From Bdellovibrionota bacterium (GTDB taxonomy: Bacteria > Bdellovibrionota_C > UBA2361 > CALJRW01): a stretch of 16,014 nt of DNA. The DNA is taken from contig JBGSMD010000032.1 in assembly GCA_041740355.1 (NCBI GenBank), positions 1 through 16,014 on the forward strand, written 5' to 3'. The notes beneath the pieces were generated by a model. That model did not search any database. It saw only the letters and a program-made list of their open reading frames with translations, and was not told where the DNA came from. Made by a program: the position numbers and the translations under genes. This document shows, one piece after another, positions 12,690-16,014 of this stretch. The first letter of the stretch is position 1. Each line of letters begins with the position of its first letter.

Positions 12690-15623
12690 CTAAACTGAAG
12701 GTTTGCTTAAGCTCGCAAAAAGGACTTCCCAGTCGTGTTTGAGTGCTTCTGGGATAGGAATCTGATTGACTTCAAAATTACGATATTCCAATGTTTGGAT
12801 CTCCCGCCACTTATCAGCATCCATGGAAAGCGACAGCTTAGAGAAAAATGGTAATAATTTATTGCCATTCTCAGCAATGAACTCCGTCGAAAACAGTAGT
12901 TCATTATTAGTAAAACGTTCACAAAAGATATCAATCTTAGGAACAGTGTTATCCTTAAAATCTTGCCAGACACGAAACAACTTTAGGTTTTTTTCTGAAA
13001 AATCCTGACTAGTAATTGACTGTTGGGCAATTCTTAACTCTTCGTTCGCCTTAAAAATTAGCTCTAACATTTCTCTAGCAGCTATGATTGCTAATTGCTG
13101 AGACAACTCAGGCTGTGAAAAGCTTTTTTGTGCTGACTCTAAGTAATAAGCAATCCTTAAGGCCGGAATTCTAATATCAGTATTAATAGTATGCGCAAAC
13201 AAAGCCTTAAATGGATTATCACCTTCGACTGGACTTGTGGCTTGATGAAAAGCGGCATCGCTATGCTGAGCAACATCGGTCTCTGCTCCAAAAACTTGTG
13301 GAGCAACTTTAGCCGCAACTTCTGCCACTAAGGGGTATTCCTTCCAACGATCGTAAACTAATTTACTGTGATGATTAATCAACACATGTCGCTTGAGCAA
13401 TCTTTTAATTAACACGTCACGCGACTCTAAATATCGCTCCGTGTCTTGCAATATTTCCACTGGAATTTTAGCGTGAAGCTCAATACTCTCAATTAAATTA
13501 AAAGCTTTTTGGGGATCATCGGCTCCAAGATTGACTAAGGCCCGAGCCAGGAATGGACCACTAAAAATTTGAGTTTTGGCTTTAGTGGAATCACTAAAAA
13601 TTTTCTCAACTTCATCTAAGCCTGCTAGATATGGCAAGGTAAAGTCAGAATAAAGCATCGCTTTTGCTTCGTTATAGGCGTATTGATAACGATAAGTGGC
13701 AAAGTCAGTAATCCTAATTTTATCTCTTTCTTGCGCCAAACTTCGATCTTCTAAAACAATCGCAGGAATCGGTTCCCCTAAGACATAATGCATATGGTCA
13801 TGAGAAAAACGGAAAGAAACCGTTCGTTTATCATCTGGCCAAGGGTCAGAAAAGATTGGAACAATTGGACTAAAAAAAGGTTTCTCGTCGGCATGATTCA
13901 TCGTTACCGCAATTACACCTAAGTCATTTTCACAGTGTCTTTTTACCTGTCTGTACACGGGCAATCGGCAAAGTAGTCGATCTGCTTCTAAGGATTCCTC
14001 ACTTAAAAAAGCTTGTTGTCGGGAGCCTGAATTTACAATACTAGTAAAAAGTTTTCGTTCCTCTTCGCTTGCATCCAAATTGATATTTTCAGTGGCAACT
14101 TGAAAAGCGTCCCTTAAAATATAGGCATAAAGGATTAGCCGTGGATCTCGAATTGTACCACTCTTAGAAAGCGAAATAATATCATTAACATCTAGTAAGT
14201 AGGTATTTAAAGTTTCATCTAGACCTTGCTCCGCTTCCACTTTGGATCTTGGATCAAACTCACTTAAAACTACTGCTACTTTTTCAGCATTAAAACCAGG
14301 TGATGGAAAAACCGAAGTTAAGACTGCTGGCTCACCGATAGGATTGTGTTTAATCTCTTCCTGAACTTCAGCCTTTGCTCTGTAAAGAATTTGATCTTTG
14401 CCCTCACCTGGTTCCATACTACCCGCAACTACTTCTGGATTTAATGGAGTAATCAATTGAGAGATTGGATGCTCAGCTGAGTCGCGAATTGAAATTGCTG
14501 GCCGCAAACCTCTTTTAAACTTTAGTAAGACTTGATCGTCCTTTAGACAATATGTTGCCACATCTACAGAATCAGAGCCTCTTCTTTCCACAACAGAAAT
14601 TTCTCGCAGCGTAACTTCTCCCAAACCATTTTCATAACTTACCTGATAATGTTTTAGTTTTAAAAAAGGATTTTCTGGATCTGGAGCTTTTTCGATTTGA
14701 ATATGTGCCGGCTTGCCTGCTTCAACATTAATTGGCCGAAGCTGTTCGCGAAACTGCGCAGTATTTAAAACTTCCCTACTAATTGCAGACAAATCTAAGC
14801 TAGCAGTTTCTTGGGATAAATTTAAATTAACATTTAATTTAATTCCCTTTTCATCACAAAATCTAAATACAGCCAGCACCAAGCGAAGATCTTGGATTTC
14901 ACCACTAAAGTATTTATCGACAATTGTCTGTGGTGTAAAAAATTCTCGAATTAGTGGCCCAGCAAATTTATTATCAAAAGTTACAGCTGCTTTAAACTCT
15001 GGTGGATTAACTTCTATCGTTCTGGGTATGGCTAATTCAGTGGATCCACCGACAGACGGGAAATAGGCCGATCCATTAAAATCTGGATTACAATTAGCAT
15101 CCCTTGCGGTAACTCCAATTTTTGTAGCTAAAAGACTTGCTGTTGTTGCTTCAATACTTGGGAAACCTCGCTCGGAACTAATATACATCCCTGGAAGGCA
15201 GTATACTGAATCTATAATTGGATCTGCTTGGCGTGTGGCTAGTGCTGGACGATAAACTTTATTTACAGCCAAATAATACTCACCGGCGTCTTTATAATAA
15301 ACGAGTAAATCTAAAACGTCTTGCTCTTGATGCATCTGGACGCTTCTAATTATCTTCTTATCCGGTTCTAATTCTTTACCATTATTATCAAAACTTCTTA
15401 CATGCCAACTAGTAACTGAAGCATGCTGCTTAGCAGAATTAGATAATTCAGCAATTGGACTTACTTTAATCGAGCTAATTAATCGTGGATCGTTTGGATC
15501 ATATTTCTCAAAGTTAGCAAACCTAACATTAACCTGACCGCTTCCAGTTGGAATTGCTTTACCAGCAAGATTTAAGGGAGGATGTAGCAATTGTAATATG
15601 TGTGTTCCAGTGGCAGATGGCAT
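12690..15623 (-). CDS. Large multidomain protein: degenerate Nudix + ADPRase-like Nudix + HDxxH...E...D domain
   Basis: ATG 15623 or TTG 15626 with AGGA upstream. Domain 2 has EVVAGSMEPGE...AEVQEEI, FPSPG and GTIRDPR; domain 1 repeats the scaffold (RPAL, LPG, FPSVG, GEIQDLR) without the Nudix glutamates; the C-terminal half has HDHMH...NEAKAMLYSD. Confidence 0.85.
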   Translation of the reverse strand: MPSATGTHILQLLHPPLNLAGKAIPTGSGQVNVRFANFEKYDPNDPRLISSIKVSPIAELSNSAKQHASVTSWHVRSFDNNGKELEPDKKIIRSVQMHQEQDVLDLLVYYKDAGEYYLAVNKVYRPALATRQADPIIDSVYCLPGMYISSERGFPSIEATTASLLATKIGVTARDANCNPDFNGSAYFPSVGGSTELAIPRTIEVNPPEFKAAVTFDNKFAGPLIREFFTPQTIVDKYFSGEIQDLRLVLAVFRFCDEKGIKLNVNLNLSQETASLDLSAISREVLNTAQFREQLRPINVEAGKPAHIQIEKAPDPENPFLKLKHYQVSYENGLGEVTLREISVVERRGSDSVDVATYCLKDDQVLLKFKRGLRPAISIRDSAEHPISQLITPLNPEVVAGSMEPGEGKDQILYRAKAEVQEEIKHNPIGEPAVLTSVFPSPGFNAEKVAVVLSEFDPRSKVEAEQGLDETLNTYLLDVNDIISLSKSGTIRDPRLILYAYILRDAFQVATENINLDASEEERKLFTSIVNSGSRQQAFLSEESLEADRLLCRLPVYRQVKRHCENDLGVIAVTMNHADEKPFFSPIVPIFSDPWPDDKRTVSFRFSHDHMHYVLGEPIPAIVLEDRSLAQERDKIRITDFATYRYQYAYNEAKAMLYSDFTLPYLAGLDEVEKIFSDSTKAKTQIFSGPFLARALVNLGADDPQKAFNLIESIELHAKIPVEILQDTERYLESRDVLIKRLLKRHVLINHHSKLVYDRWKEYPLVAEVAAKVAPQVFGAETDVAQHSDAAFHQATSPVEGDNPFKALFAHTINTDIRIPALRIAYYLESAQKSFSQPELSQQLAIIAAREMLELIFKANEELRIAQQSITSQDFSEKNLKLFRVWQDFKDNTVPKIDIFCERFTNNELLFSTEFIAENGNKLLPFFSKLSLSMDADKWREIQTLEYRNFEVNQIPIPEALKHDWEVLFASLSKPSV

Positions 15624-15679
15624 CAAGTTTTTCCTAAAGTGAATATTCTTTAATAAGCTAGAAATTGGAATCGATTAGC

Positions 15680-15716
15680 ATATACCCTCCGCAGATGTAA
15701 TTTGCGGAGGGTATAT
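15680..15716. other. Strong hairpin between pncB and the Nudix fusion gene
   Basis: Perfect 14-bp inverted repeat ATATACCCTCCGCA (15680-15693) / TGCGGAGGGTATAT (15703-15716), 21 nt after the pncB stop; no U-tract on the minus strand. Confidence 0.7.
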
Positions 15717-15717
15717 A

Positions 15718-15726
15718 ATTGTAACA
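15718..15726 (-). promoter_or_regulatory. Candidate extended -10 promoter for the Nudix fusion gene
   Basis: TGTTACAAT on the minus strand fits TGnTAnnnT; no convincing -35. Confidence 0.3.
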
Positions 15727-15737
15727 AAATCTAACAG

Positions 15738-16014
15738 TTAAGCTACGAGCTTCAAATTGTTATTCGGCATCTCATATCTTCCAACTTTAGACATTCTTTC
15801 AAGTTTTTCCGGAGTCCCAACACCAACAATATCCATAGTTGCCGTGCGACAAGGTTTAAAGATTCCCCCTACACCTAAGCTATCGAAAAGTCTCACTTTT
15901 AAAGCTTCTTCCGCTTTTACAAAGGCATTCACTTTATCTACAGATCCAAAGCCACTAGTCAAAATAATCTTAACATTAGTATAGCCTGCTGCATCAAGTG
16001 CTGTTCGTAAAGCG
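15738..16014 (-). CDS. pncB: Nicotinate phosphoribosyltransferase, C-terminal part (5' end outside the window)
   Basis: Frame stays open to the window edge: ALRTALDAAGYTNVKIILTSGF...DSLGVG...TMDIVGV...SKVGR..PN, matching the NAPRTase C-terminal pattern LRxxLDxAG..VKI..SxG...D..GVG. Confidence 0.8.
   Translation of the reverse strand, partial: ALRTALDAAGYTNVKIILTSGFGSVDKVNAFVKAEEALKVRLFDSLGVGGIFKPCRTATMDIVGVGTPEKLERMSKVGRYEMPNNNLKLVA

Noticed and set aside
12471-15066. Short ORFs 12471-12698, 12707-12973, 12766-13008 and 14713-15066
   Set aside because: Overlap the 339-aa or 977-aa genes in antisense or alternative frames and show no motifs.
12690-15623. Calling the Nudix fusion NrtR
   Set aside because: Far larger than NrtR, has two Nudix units and no recognisable winged HTH.
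15757-15984. 75-aa plus-strand ORF
   Set aside because: Antisense to pncB.
1-16014. CRISPR array, tRNA, rRNA, integrase or prophage genes
   Set aside because: No regularly spaced direct repeats, cloverleaf or T-loop signatures, or recombinase and phage motifs were seen by eye.

Overview
AT-rich bacterial chromosomal window, tentatively a deltaproteobacteria/Bdellovibrionota-like organism judging from the Geobacter-type pilin N-terminus. The left third is housekeeping: a partial hypothetical CDS, mnmE-yidC-yidD-rnpA-rpmH (rpmH missed by the ORF track, no adjacent dnaA), an FkpA/Mip PPIase and a class Ia DAHP synthase. The rest holds two accessory blocks separated by yajQ. Block 1 (6473-10884): a structured 373-bp intergenic region, a two-gene operon (663-aa beta-repeat protein plus a motif-permuted DHH phosphoesterase), abutting RAYT-like and ISL3 transposase remnants, and an orphan type IV pilin. 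Block 2 (11531-15623): a helical-repeat protein and a ~977-aa protein built from a degenerate Nudix domain, a near-intact ADP-ribose-pyrophosphatase-like Nudix domain and an HDxxH...E...D putative metal-binding domain, directly downstream of a nicotinate phosphoribosyltransferase (pncB) truncated by the window edge. The best candidates for undescribed biology are the tandem-Nudix fusion beside pncB and the beta-repeat/permuted-DHH operon with its structured leader. All family assignments come from motif recognition by eye, not database searches.
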